Shown: positions 51,242-60,085, counted from the stretch's first letter. The stretch is DNA of 64,000 nucleotides from Nitrospinaceae bacterium (GCA_965223665.1 OZ245011.1:2976001-3040000); one strand, 5' to 3'. The notes: generated by a model from the sequence alone, not told the origin. Made by a program: numbers and translations.

Positions 51242-53083
51242 ATGGACTTTAAAATAATATTTTATTGGGGTGTTTTAATAGTATTTTTAATCTGGTGGCT
51301 CACAAGAAAAAAAAACGATGCTGAAAACAAAATAGTTGAGTACTCAGGCCCTCAAACTGGTGCGATAAAGAAAGAATTAAAGGAAACTCGTAAACCACAA
51401 AATTGGCTGGTCATAGATAAACCTCAAAGCTTTGAAAAAAATGAGGAAATCGAAGAAGTTCTCAATGCACTTGAAAATACAAACCAGAACATATTCCTAA
51501 CAGGAAAAGCTGGGACAGGAAAATCAACTCTCCTAAGTTATTTCCGTGCCACGTCCAAGAAAAATCCAGTTGTGATAGCTCCAACGGGGGTTGCTGCTGT
51601 CAATGTACAAGGTCAAACAATACATAGTTTCTTTGGTTGGGGAATTGATGTAACCCCAGAAAGAGTAAGAAAGCTTAGTTACGAAAAGTCAAAAATATAT
51701 AAAAAGTTAAAGATGTTGATTGTTGATGAAATTTCTATGGTTCGAGCGGATCTTTTTGAATGCGTCGACAAATTTCTAAGATTAAATGCAGGCAAGAAAA
51801 ATCTTCCTTTTGGAGGTGTGCAGATAGTTGTTATTGGCGATCTGTATCAATTACCTCCCGTTGTTAAAGATCAAGAACGAAAATTATTTGAAGGGATGTA
51901 TTCATCTCCATTCTTTTTTAATACTGCAGCCTTTAATAAAGGTTCTTTCAAAAAGTTTGAACTTAGTAAAGTTTACAGACAAAAAGACCCCAAATTCATA
52001 GCTGCATTAAATGCAATACGCGAGGGTGTTGTAGATGATAGTCATATTGAATTACTAAACCAAACAGTAATTGATGAAGAACCTGAGGATTTCGAAGAAT
52101 ATATTCATCTTGTTACCACCAATAGAATGGCAAAAGAAATAAATGATAACCGGATGCATTGCTTGCCATCAAAACCTGTTGTTTATGAAGGAAAATTATA
52201 TGGGACCTTCAAAGAGGAAAATGCTCCAACAGATTTAAGGTTAGAATTGAAATCAGGCGCTCGGGCAATGTTGTTAAACAATGATCGAAACAGAAAATGG
52301 GTTAATGGTGATGTGGTGAAAGTGTTGGAGACACGATCAGATTCTGTGCTTGTTGAGTTTGAAGATGACACGGTCCATGATGTGGGGTTTCATACATGGG
52401 AGACTGTTCGATTTATTTTTGATGAGGAAGAACAGAAAATTATTCCCAAAAAGATCGGAGGATTCACACAAATTCCAATTAAACCGGCATGGGCTATTAC
52501 TATACATAAGGCACAAGGAAAAACTTTTGAAAAAGTATTTATGGATTTAGGTGCTGGTTCTTTTGCAGAAGGACAAACGTATGTGGCTCTCAGTCGATGC
52601 AAAGCACTTGCAGGTCTAAAGCTTGCATCGCCGTTGATGATTGATGACGTTTTTGTAAACGAAAAAGTAAAGGACTTTATGTCTTTTACTCATGGTCAGA
52701 AAAATGAGACATCCTCTTCTAAGACAAAACAAAACCCAACACAGAAACAAACGAACCCATCTACTAATACTATATTAAAATCAGAAGAAAAGTTATCAGA
52801 GGAAGAATTTGTTCTAAATGCAATCAAAAATTTACGAACAGGAAATTACAAGGGTATTCATGTTGTATACAGTGGATTCAATAAAGCATTTCGCGAGTAC
52901 TTTGACGCTGATCCAGTTGAATCCGTTAAAAAATTAGAAAAAAATGGTGTGGTTGTAACTCGTCCTGTTAAAGGTGGTGTCATGCTTTATAATTCAAAGG
53001 AATACAGTGTTCCAAGCTCAAAAAAGAAAGAAGCGAGCAATACATTGTCTAAGATTTTAGGTGATGGGAGTAAAAAGCGTTAA
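51242..53083 (+). CDS. PIF1/RecD-like SF1B helicase with N-terminal TM anchor and extra C-terminal domain
   Basis: GKAGTGKS, APTGVAA, TIHSFF, VDEISM, FGGVQ..GDLYQLPPV, YRQ, AITIHKAQGKT, QTYVALSR. Confidence 0.88.
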   Translation: MDFKIIFYWGVLIVFLIWWLTRKKNDAENKIVEYSGPQTGAIKKELKETRKPQNWLVIDKPQSFEKNEEIEEVLNALENTNQNIFLTGKAGTGKSTLLSYFRATSKKNPVVIAPTGVAAVNVQGQTIHSFFGWGIDVTPERVRKLSYEKSKIYKKLKMLIVDEISMVRADLFECVDKFLRLNAGKKNLPFGGVQIVVIGDLYQLPPVVKDQERKLFEGMYSSPFFFNTAAFNKGSFKKFELSKVYRQKDPKFIAALNAIREGVVDDSHIELLNQTVIDEEPEDFEEYIHLVTTNRMAKEINDNRMHCLPSKPVVYEGKLYGTFKEENAPTDLRLELKSGARAMLLNNDRNRKWVNGDVVKVLETRSDSVLVEFEDDTVHDVGFHTWETVRFIFDEEEQKIIPKKIGGFTQIPIKPAWAITIHKAQGKTFEKVFMDLGAGSFAEGQTYVALSRCKALAGLKLASPLMIDDVFVNEKVKDFMSFTHGQKNETSSSKTKQNPTQKQTNPSTNTILKSEEKLSEEEFVLNAIKNLRTGNYKGIHVVYSGFNKAFREYFDADPVESVKKLEKNGVVVTRPVKGGVMLYNSKEYSVPSSKKKEASNTLSKILGDGSKKR

Positions 53084-53097
53084 TCGAAACATTAAAT

Positions 53098-53151
53098 AAA
53101 GTCCGCTTTGGGTCGAAATAGACCTGTCTGTCTTCGGCTAAAGCGGACTTT
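53098..53151. repeat. Cassette-boundary repeat R2
   Basis: AAAGTCCGCTTTGGGTCGAAATAGACCTGTCTGTCTTCGGCTAAAGCGGACTTT; perfect 12-bp outer arms. Confidence 0.85.
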
Positions 53152-53239
53152 TGAAAATTCAATTTAAATTTTTCACACACCTAAATTTTATTGTTGTAGG
53201 AGGAGGGTTCCATAACAAGGGTTAATCAACATTCGAATA

Positions 53240-54112
53240 ATGACACAAAATACTTTTCGAACAACAACAATTGAAGAATTTTTTCATCCAATTTCTGGGC
53301 ATATAGTTCCTTTATATACTTTTTCAGGCCAAAATTCTTTCGTAGCTGGAACAGCTGTAATTATTGCTCCAGGTCTAGCTGTGACAGCTTGTCATGTGAT
53401 GGAAGCACTGCTTAATTATTTTGGGAACGATCAGCTAAAAGGTAATTTAGAATTAGATATTTACTTAACACAGCTAAATACAGGGGCGACATGGTATGTC
53501 TGCAATTCCGCTACTTGGGTTGGGACTGACATCACTGTTTTATCTCTTGTTCCAAGAAACTTTAATAAAGAGAAAAATGTTATTGGTTCGCTTCAAATAA
53601 CGGTAGATCCTCCCAATGTAAACGATACCGTTGTTGCCTATGGTTACCCAAAGACAGAATTAAATATTCCCAGAAATGACTCTGAGCAAACAGATTTAAA
53701 ATTTAAAGTATACCCAACATTGTCAGAAGGTTTAGTTTCTGAGATACATAATTCCAAACGAGATTCAGTGTTATGTAGATTTCCATGTTTTGAAGTAGGA
53801 GCAGAATTTAGTAGGGGTATGAGCGGAGGTGCTGTATTTAATCAAGATCGTGAATTATGCGGTCTTGTTTGTTCAGGTGGAGATGGGGACTTAAGAAACT
53901 ATTCCGTAGCAACAAGCATATGGCCGATGTCTATTATTCCTGTAATAATGCCAAGTGGTATAGCCTCTCATGATAGTGTTGTTTCAGGTGCTACATATAA
54001 GGTTCTGGATCTGGCAAAACAAGGTTACATAAAGATGAACGGGCATGAAAGGATTGAGTTCTTTAAACATGAAAATGGTTCGCAAGGGGTAAGACGTTTC
54101 CATAAAACATGA
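53240..54112 (+). CDS. Trypsin-like serine protease, no signal peptide
   Basis: Catalytic triad motifs TACHV, TDI, GMSGG. Confidence 0.8.
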   Translation: MTQNTFRTTTIEEFFHPISGHIVPLYTFSGQNSFVAGTAVIIAPGLAVTACHVMEALLNYFGNDQLKGNLELDIYLTQLNTGATWYVCNSATWVGTDITVLSLVPRNFNKEKNVIGSLQITVDPPNVNDTVVAYGYPKTELNIPRNDSEQTDLKFKVYPTLSEGLVSEIHNSKRDSVLCRFPCFEVGAEFSRGMSGGAVFNQDRELCGLVCSGGDGDLRNYSVATSIWPMSIIPVIMPSGIASHDSVVSGATYKVLDLAKQGYIKMNGHERIEFFKHENGSQGVRRFHKT

Positions 54113-54158
54113 ATATGTTTACTTCAATTCTATGGCAGTAAGGTTAGTATTGTCGTTT

Positions 54159-54210
54159 TGTCCGCTTTTGGCCGAATGTGCACATATTTGTTTTCGACCC
54201 AAGGCGGACA
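54159..54210. repeat. Cassette-boundary repeat R3
   Basis: TGTCCGCTTTTGGCCGAA-N16-TTCGACCCAAGGCGGACA. Confidence 0.85.
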
Positions 54211-54307
54211 TCCGTCCGCATGAAAACCGAACTCCCCATAAGGAAATTTTAGAAAAATTTTTGTGAATTCTGGTGGTGCTTTTTTTGAAATGACCTGCGA
54301 GGTTACA

Positions 54308-55285
54308 CTAGCGACCTCTTTTTCTCCGCAGTTCGACCGTGGAATATTCTTCTGGACCAAACCCTCCTAACTTGATACCCGACTTGACATCCTTATATTT
54401 TTTCCCGAGACGCTCAATTCCTATATCCCTTCGCGGACCAAAAAGAAAGCGGCGCGCAGATACTGAACGTATCTTATTAATTTGCTTCACCATACTCGAT
54501 TTAATCTTAATTTCCCTAGGAAGTTCTTTGTCCCAAGTCGCCATCAAACAGGTTTTCTGTGAAAGCGGGAAAGTAAGTTGCACTTTCTTATGAATAAGTC
54601 CACCACCATAGAAAGGGTGTTGGTAAGCAGGGGGAACATCAAAAAATAATGGATTGTCACTAGTTATAAAATAATGCGGCTCTGGCGCCAGTAATATAGA
54701 CCAACACATTTTATAAAAGATTGGGCAAAATTTTTCGTAAAACTTTAGGGCTTGGAGTGACCATTCCTTGTCCACAGACACAATAAATTTTTGTGGATTA
54801 AGCATACCCTCTTTTAAACTTTTAATTTCTTCCTTAGTTAGAGGCCCTTGATCGCGTTGGTAATCCTTAATAAGGTTTTGAAATGCTCCATCATGTTGTG
54901 CAGTGGCGTACATTTTTAATTGATACGCGTTCATCATTATTTCAGCGTATTGATTCCTGAAGGAATCCGTTCGTAAATACATGAGGGCCATAAAACTAGC
55001 AAATGAGGCACGTTCCTGATCTGTAAGTGGTTTGCTTTCAATTAATTTATTAAAAATTGGGGCCGCTTTTGCTTCAATTTTAGAAAAAAAATCTTCCACT
55101 TCATCGGACCGCTGCCCATTTTCCAGCGTCACACTATAAAGATATTTTTCATAGGCAGTATTTTCGATCGTGGAAGTGCGCCCCTCCTCCAATTCAATGT
55201 CATAGGTCCAGATCTTTTCATCTGGTTCAATAGAAGCGAACCGTCGGAGATAAAATTGTGGAATGAAATGATGTTTTTTCTTCAA
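54308..55285 (-). CDS. DUF4238 domain protein
   Basis: KHHFIPQFYLRRF N-terminus, FITSDNP, FPLS. Confidence 0.8.
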   Translation of the reverse strand: MKKKHHFIPQFYLRRFASIEPDEKIWTYDIELEEGRTSTIENTAYEKYLYSVTLENGQRSDEVEDFFSKIEAKAAPIFNKLIESKPLTDQERASFASFMALMYLRTDSFRNQYAEIMMNAYQLKMYATAQHDGAFQNLIKDYQRDQGPLTKEEIKSLKEGMLNPQKFIVSVDKEWSLQALKFYEKFCPIFYKMCWSILLAPEPHYFITSDNPLFFDVPPAYQHPFYGGGLIHKKVQLTFPLSQKTCLMATWDKELPREIKIKSSMVKQINKIRSVSARRFLFGPRRDIGIERLGKKYKDVKSGIKLGGFGPEEYSTVELRRKRGR

Positions 55286-55551
55286 AATTTTTAATTAAAA
55301 AGATGGTTTGTTTAGCTTTTGGGTGAGGCCTATGAATATGAATTGGAATGTATGGGGAAACTATTTCCTACGGAATCCGGCTCTAAAAGCATGCTCTTGT
55401 ATAATATATGGGATTTTGAAAGAAAAAAGTCAAGATTGCCCGAAAATTCATACTTTTCTGGCGAGCATAGTATTTGATTTTGTTTGGGATTTTTCTGCGG
55501 AAAACTCAAACAAAATGACAGGTTATTGTGCGATCCTTTTTTCTAGCTAAG

Positions 55552-55587
55552 TGTCCGCTTTTGGCCGGAAGGCGACCCAAAGCAGGC
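55552..55587. repeat. Cassette-boundary repeat R4
   Basis: TGTCCGCTTTTGGCCGGAAGGCGACCCAAAGCAGGC. Confidence 0.75.
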
Positions 55588-55697
55588 TTTCGGCACAAGT
55601 TCCCTTAGCAGTCGAACTCGTGGAAGGTATGCTAAATTTTTCTTGATTGCCTAAACGGAAAGGATTAGGGTTGGGGGAACCCACGAAAAAAAGATGT

Positions 55698-55724
55698 GAC
55701 GGCTTTCGACCCATAGCAGACATT
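55698..55724. repeat. Cassette-boundary repeat R4b (minimal single unit)
   Basis: GACGGCTTTCGACCCATAGCAGACATT (reverse complement AATGTCTGCTATGGGTCGAAAGCCGTC). Confidence 0.75.
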
Positions 55725-55771
55725 TTTAAATGACAGAATTTTATCAGGAACATATATACGGTTGGAATTAA

Positions 55772-56770
55772 ATGAAAGCGATAACCTATAAAAATACGCT
55801 AACAACTTTACCTAATTGGGTAAAGGACCTCCACGAAAAAGAACCTCGAGGCATTGCATATGAAACCTCATCACATTTCGTCCATTTTTATTGTAGAGAC
55901 TATGGTTGGTGGGTTCTTTCTCCAGGAATCACAGTTGTTCAAAAAAAGAGTGATTCTTTAAATGACTGGGTCAAACGAACTTTTGGGGCTAAAAATATAT
56001 TAAACATGTCTACTAGGGTTGGTGAAAGCGTTAAAGGGGTATGGCGACCGGGCCTCTATTTTGATGATGAGATTCAGCAGGCTCTTTCGGTAACAACGCC
56101 AGGTAAGCATGAATCCCTCGTTTCAATAGGCCTTCTTCTGGAGTCCCTAGAAATTATTTTCCGTTACATAGAGCCTAGCCCAAATGGAATGTTGACATAT
56201 AGCCACAAAACCAGAGAATTACTGATTATCGCCTGTACAGAAGTTGAAAATCAATTGGCGCAGTATATGAAATTGGCCACTGCAAGGCCTATCAATAAAA
56301 AATTTTTTACCACTCAAGATTATGTTCGGCTATCTGACCCTCTTCATCTCTCTGATTTTGTTCTCAGTTCCAAAGCTTACCCTCACATAGGCACTATACA
56401 TCCGTTTGGAGGGTGGAAAGGAGAGGGAGCCACATCCTCTATCCCTTGGTATGAAGCTTACAACCACACCAAGCACGACCGTCAGTTAAACTTTGACAAA
56501 GCAACATTAAAAAGCTGTATAGATGCCGTATGTGCGAACATTGTTCTATTCTGCGTGAGATATAGTCCTTACGCTCTTGTCCGCGAAAATGGCAATGCCC
56601 AATCTTTATTTGGTCAGCTCTTTAATATAGAAATGAAGAACTGCGATCCAACAAAATTTTATGTGCCTAGAATTGATATATCAGTAAATACACGAACAGA
56701 TTTAATTTGTTACAATAGCTACCAAAAAAAAGACAATTGCCCTTGGAATATTTCCCCACTTATTTTGTAG
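55772..56770 (+). CDS. Hypothetical protein, possibly HEPN-like
   Basis: 332 aa; YIEP...YSHKTRELLIIACTEVE and PWYEAYNHTKHDR motifs; stop codon abuts repeat R5. Confidence 0.6.
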   Translation: MKAITYKNTLTTLPNWVKDLHEKEPRGIAYETSSHFVHFYCRDYGWWVLSPGITVVQKKSDSLNDWVKRTFGAKNILNMSTRVGESVKGVWRPGLYFDDEIQQALSVTTPGKHESLVSIGLLLESLEIIFRYIEPSPNGMLTYSHKTRELLIIACTEVENQLAQYMKLATARPINKKFFTTQDYVRLSDPLHLSDFVLSSKAYPHIGTIHPFGGWKGEGATSSIPWYEAYNHTKHDRQLNFDKATLKSCIDAVCANIVLFCVRYSPYALVRENGNAQSLFGQLFNIEMKNCDPTKFYVPRIDISVNTRTDLICYNSYQKKDNCPWNISPLIL

Positions 56771-56812
56771 TGTCCGCTTATGGCCGGTAGGTGCAATTGA
56801 CCAAAGCGGATA
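56771..56812. repeat. Cassette-boundary repeat R5
   Basis: TGTCCGCTTATGGCCGGTAGGTGCAATTGACCAAAGCGGATA. Confidence 0.8.
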
Positions 56813-56832
56813 ATTACCTAAGGAGATAGAGA

Positions 56833-57702
56833 TTGTATAATTTACTGGTTTCAAGTAATGACGAGGCTTGGGATAGTGACTCATACACCCTAGAGATAGG
56901 CCGTTGTGTTCGTGAATATACAGATGTAAATTTAACTAAAAAGTATGGAGACTTTACTCAAGAGCAAGTTGATTCAATTAGACGTTTTCCTTGCATATTT
57001 GCTTACGAGTCTGGGCACAAAAAAAATCCCAAATTTGGAATTATCAAAGACTTAACAAGTCGCCAAGGAAAAGTTAAGATTGAATACGAATTAATTGAAA
57101 TTGATGATTTTATTTCTCACTCTGATATTAATGAGATGCTATTTGAGTTGGATATCAGTGACTGGGAGATGAATAGAACTCACTGGGCTATTAAAGATGT
57201 TAACCTACCTAAGGAACTTTTATCAAAAGGAGTTCGTCTTCCGAATTGGGCGAGAAGTGAGTCAAAAGCTGTTGATATTACAAAGCACATGTTTGATGTG
57301 GCATTTTCCTTTCCGGGAGAAATTAGGAAATATGTTGAGTCAATAGCGGCAGAATTAGAAAAAGAAATTGGGCCAAATTCATACTTTTATGACAATAATT
57401 ATAAGGCTCAACTAGCAAGGCCTTCTCTTGATACCTTGCTACAAGAAATTTATGGTTGTAGATCTAAACTGGTTGTGATTTTTCTATGCGAAAAGTACCA
57501 AGAAAAAGAGTGGTGTGGCATAGAGTTTAGAGCAATCAGAGAAATTATCATGAATCGAGACCATGAGAAAGTTATGTTCATCAAGATGGACGAAGGTAAG
57601 ATTGATGGTGTCTTCAAAACAGATGGCTACATTGATGGGCGTATCCACAAACCCCATCAGATAGCTGGTTATATTCAAGAGCGTGTTTCATTACTGTCAT
57701 AA
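56833..57702 (+). CDS. TIR domain protein (C-terminal TIR, uncharacterised N-terminal domain)
   Basis: FDVAFSFPGE..YVESIA..FYD..Y..KEWCGIE with the conserved TIR Glu; TTG start after AAGGAG. Confidence 0.8.
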   Translation: MYNLLVSSNDEAWDSDSYTLEIGRCVREYTDVNLTKKYGDFTQEQVDSIRRFPCIFAYESGHKKNPKFGIIKDLTSRQGKVKIEYELIEIDDFISHSDINEMLFELDISDWEMNRTHWAIKDVNLPKELLSKGVRLPNWARSESKAVDITKHMFDVAFSFPGEIRKYVESIAAELEKEIGPNSYFYDNNYKAQLARPSLDTLLQEIYGCRSKLVVIFLCEKYQEKEWCGIEFRAIREIIMNRDHEKVMFIKMDEGKIDGVFKTDGYIDGRIHKPHQIAGYIQERVSLLS

Positions 57703-57759
57703 CAACGCACTGTTGACGGATAAATTCTTTACCCCAAATTTGCCATAAACGCAGTATGA
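57697..57759 (+). other. Decayed integron attC-like site
   Basis: TCATAAC overlapping the stop codon ... GGATAAATT/AATTTGCC inner stem ... GTATGA (GTTATGA minus one T). Confidence 0.55.
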
Positions 57760-57773
57760 ATGTCCGTTTTGGG
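57759..57773. repeat. Cassette-boundary repeat R6 (degenerate half site)
   Basis: AATGTCCGTTTTGGG. Confidence 0.6.
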
Positions 57774-57844
57774 AAAGTGAGAATGGTCCTTATGAAAACT
57801 GAGTGCTGTTCCCTAGCAGTGGAGAGACAAGGAGAGTAGGAATA

Positions 57845-58363
57845 ATGAACGAAAAGAAAAAAAGAAGCCCAAACCAATGGATTTACTTTGGTCTTCCTGA
57901 AGATGAGAAATTGTTGTCAACTCTGGGAATTATGTCCATTAGACATGGTCAGCTTGAACATGTGTTAAAAATGACTATAAAAACACTTGGAAATCTCTCC
58001 ATAGAAGAAGCGTTGGATGCTACATCCCGTGATGGTCCGGCCAAACTGCGAAAACGCATTAGGAAACTTGCTCAGGGCATATTTAGAGAAGGAGAAACTT
58101 TACTAAAATTACAGGCGTTGCTTGCCCGTTCGGAGAGAGTTACTGAGCAAAGAAACGAAATGACGCACAATTTATGGGGTCATGAAATGGATGGTATCCC
58201 TGTGGTAAGGAAAGAGGACCATAGCTGGGAAACTGCACCTACATTTGAAGAGGTAAATAGTCTTTCAAAAAAGATTGAAACTATTACAAAGGAACTTAAT
58301 GACGCGCGCCTGCAAGGTTTTATTTATAAAGAAATTGAAAAAAACAAAAAATCCAATCAATAA
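57845..58363 (+). CDS. Hypothetical protein with HEPN-like RxxxxH motif
   Basis: Helical protein with RNEMTH; ATG at 57845 preferred. Confidence 0.6.
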   Translation: MNEKKKRSPNQWIYFGLPEDEKLLSTLGIMSIRHGQLEHVLKMTIKTLGNLSIEEALDATSRDGPAKLRKRIRKLAQGIFREGETLLKLQALLARSERVTEQRNEMTHNLWGHEMDGIPVVRKEDHSWETAPTFEEVNSLSKKIETITKELNDARLQGFIYKEIEKNKKSNQ

Positions 58364-58468
58364 AACCAAATGTAATAACGCTTATTGTGGAAATGGGTGA
58401 TTGCTCTATCCGATTGAGTTGTCTCTAGGGAATAGATAAAGAATATCCTTTAAACTTTCCTTGGCCGA

Positions 58469-58638
58469 AAGTCCGCTTTTGGCCCAGACTGTGTGAAAAC
58501 TCAAAACCAACTTGAAATTGAGGGTGCCTAACCCCTTCCCCATATAACAATAACAGCTTTACGGGCTTCTGGTGTAGTCGGTTTTCAGTAAGGAACCTTG
58601 CTATCAGAGTTTTCACACAATCTGGGCCGATAGCCGTC
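58469..58638. repeat. Cassette-boundary repeat R7 interrupted by a MITE
   Basis: AAGTCCGCTTTTGGCC[140 bp]GGCCGATAGCCGTC. Confidence 0.8.
58485..58624. mobile_element. 140-bp MITE with 18-bp TIRs (IS1182-like ends), flanked by GGCC
   Basis: CAGACTGTGTGAAAACTC ... GAGTTTTCACACAATCTG (17/18 inverted match); GGCC at 58481-58484 and 58625-58628. Confidence 0.75.
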
Positions 58639-58753
58639 TTTCCAAATTCGAATTCTAAAGTTTAGATAATTACCAACTCCCAAATGATGAACATATGACG
58701 CTCAAGTCCTCTATTGAAGTTGGAGCATGAGAAGGATTTAAGCATTTTCAGAA

Positions 58754-59962
58754 TTACTTTTGATGAATTTTGACTATCTTTTCTTTAGGTTTGCCAGTCA
58801 CAAGGCTTTCAAGATTTCGACCCCATGAGTTTAGGGCCATCCGTTTTTCCCGATCATAGCTATGGCGATCATAAACAGAAGTTACTCCTGATTCAACATG
58901 GTTTAAAATTTTAGAAACTGTGAGTCGGGGGATACCTGAGGCCGTCATCATGCTCGCAGAGGTACGACGAAGGTCATGGGGTGTGAAATGTGCGATCTGG
59001 AAATGATTCGCATTGATTCTTACTGCGTGATCCACTGAGGTTTCGGCGATATGCCTTTCTCCTCTAGGGGAAGGAAAGAGCCATGGAGAGAGGACAGTAA
59101 TTTCTTTTAATTCTTCCAGAATTTGAAGGGCAAAATTAGATAAAGGAACCCGGTGAGGAAAACCATTCTTGGCTTTTTCAGCCGGTATTGTCCACCAACC
59201 TTTTTTTAAGTCAAAATCTTTCCATTCAGCCCCAGTCACTTCACCTTTTCTTTGGGCTGTGACCAATTGGAGCTTTAAGGCTAAAGCTGTGGTTGATTCC
59301 ATTCTGGCCGAATCCAGTTTTTTCCAAAAAATTTGAATTTCTTCTTCGTTAAGTACTCTATCGCGTCTATTTTCTTTTGAAGGAGCAGGAATAGCGACAC
59401 AGGGACTGGAATCCAAAATTCCACGGCCCATGGCAAAGGAATACATTTTGCGAATAGCGGCAAGGGTACGGTTGGCTTGGATCAGAGCTCCACGTTCAAC
59501 AATTTCATCGAGAAGTAGGATGACGTCTCGACGAGTAATATCCTGTGCCTTGCGTTTTCCCCAACGGGTTATTACATCCTTATGCAAAATGCGCTCGTCT
59601 TCTTTCCATGATCTCTTTCTTGGTTTGGCATATTTTTCAATATATTCATCTACCAACCTTTTAACTGTAGGGGAACGACGAGATTCTTCCTTTTCTTCTT
59701 GTTCCACTGTTGCTGGATCAATGACTCTTTCAAGCAGTTGTCGGGCCTTCGCATGGTCGGCATGGGCATCGGCCAAAGACTTTTGGGGATAGTTGCCAAA
59801 TGTCATCCGCCGGGAGGTTCCTTGAAATCGGTATAAGAAGATAAAACTTTTTCTACCGGTAGGGGAAACACGGATTCCAAAACCTTTACCATTATCTTCC
59901 CAAATCTCATATCGTTGGCTTTTAGGTTTAAGTGCTTTAATTTGACGGTCGGTAAACTTCAT
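58754..59962 (-). CDS. int: Tyrosine integrase, P4-like, with N-terminal arm-DNA-binding domain
   Basis: MKFTDRQIKALKP...GFGIRVSPTGRKSF..GNYP.SLADA; AQRKGE, HDLRR, LNH, SVYDR. ATG at 59962 preferred. Confidence 0.92.
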   Translation of the reverse strand: MKFTDRQIKALKPKSQRYEIWEDNGKGFGIRVSPTGRKSFIFLYRFQGTSRRMTFGNYPQKSLADAHADHAKARQLLERVIDPATVEQEEKEESRRSPTVKRLVDEYIEKYAKPRKRSWKEDERILHKDVITRWGKRKAQDITRRDVILLLDEIVERGALIQANRTLAAIRKMYSFAMGRGILDSSPCVAIPAPSKENRRDRVLNEEEIQIFWKKLDSARMESTTALALKLQLVTAQRKGEVTGAEWKDFDLKKGWWTIPAEKAKNGFPHRVPLSNFALQILEELKEITVLSPWLFPSPRGERHIAETSVDHAVRINANHFQIAHFTPHDLRRTSASMMTASGIPRLTVSKILNHVESGVTSVYDRHSYDREKRMALNSWGRNLESLVTGKPKEKIVKIHQK

Positions 59963-60049
59963 AAAATTCTGACTTTCAATCAGTTGGTTTAATGCAGCAA
60001 TTTCTGGTACAAAATTTTTTAACTCATTCCTCCACAAAATGAATTATCT

Positions 60050-60085
60050 GCTACCCATGAGCTTGGGGGTAGCATTGTGGGTAGC
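60050..60085. repeat. Putative integrase arm-type sites (right)
   Basis: GCTACCCA (inverted) at 60050; GGGTAGC at 60067 and 60079 (12-bp period). Confidence 0.65.

Noticed and set aside
51208-58638. CRISPR array or classical integron as an explanation for the repeats
   Set aside because: Spacing is gene-sized and the copies are degenerate; no cas genes; repeats lack attC core boxes and the integrase is P4-like with its own tRNA att site.
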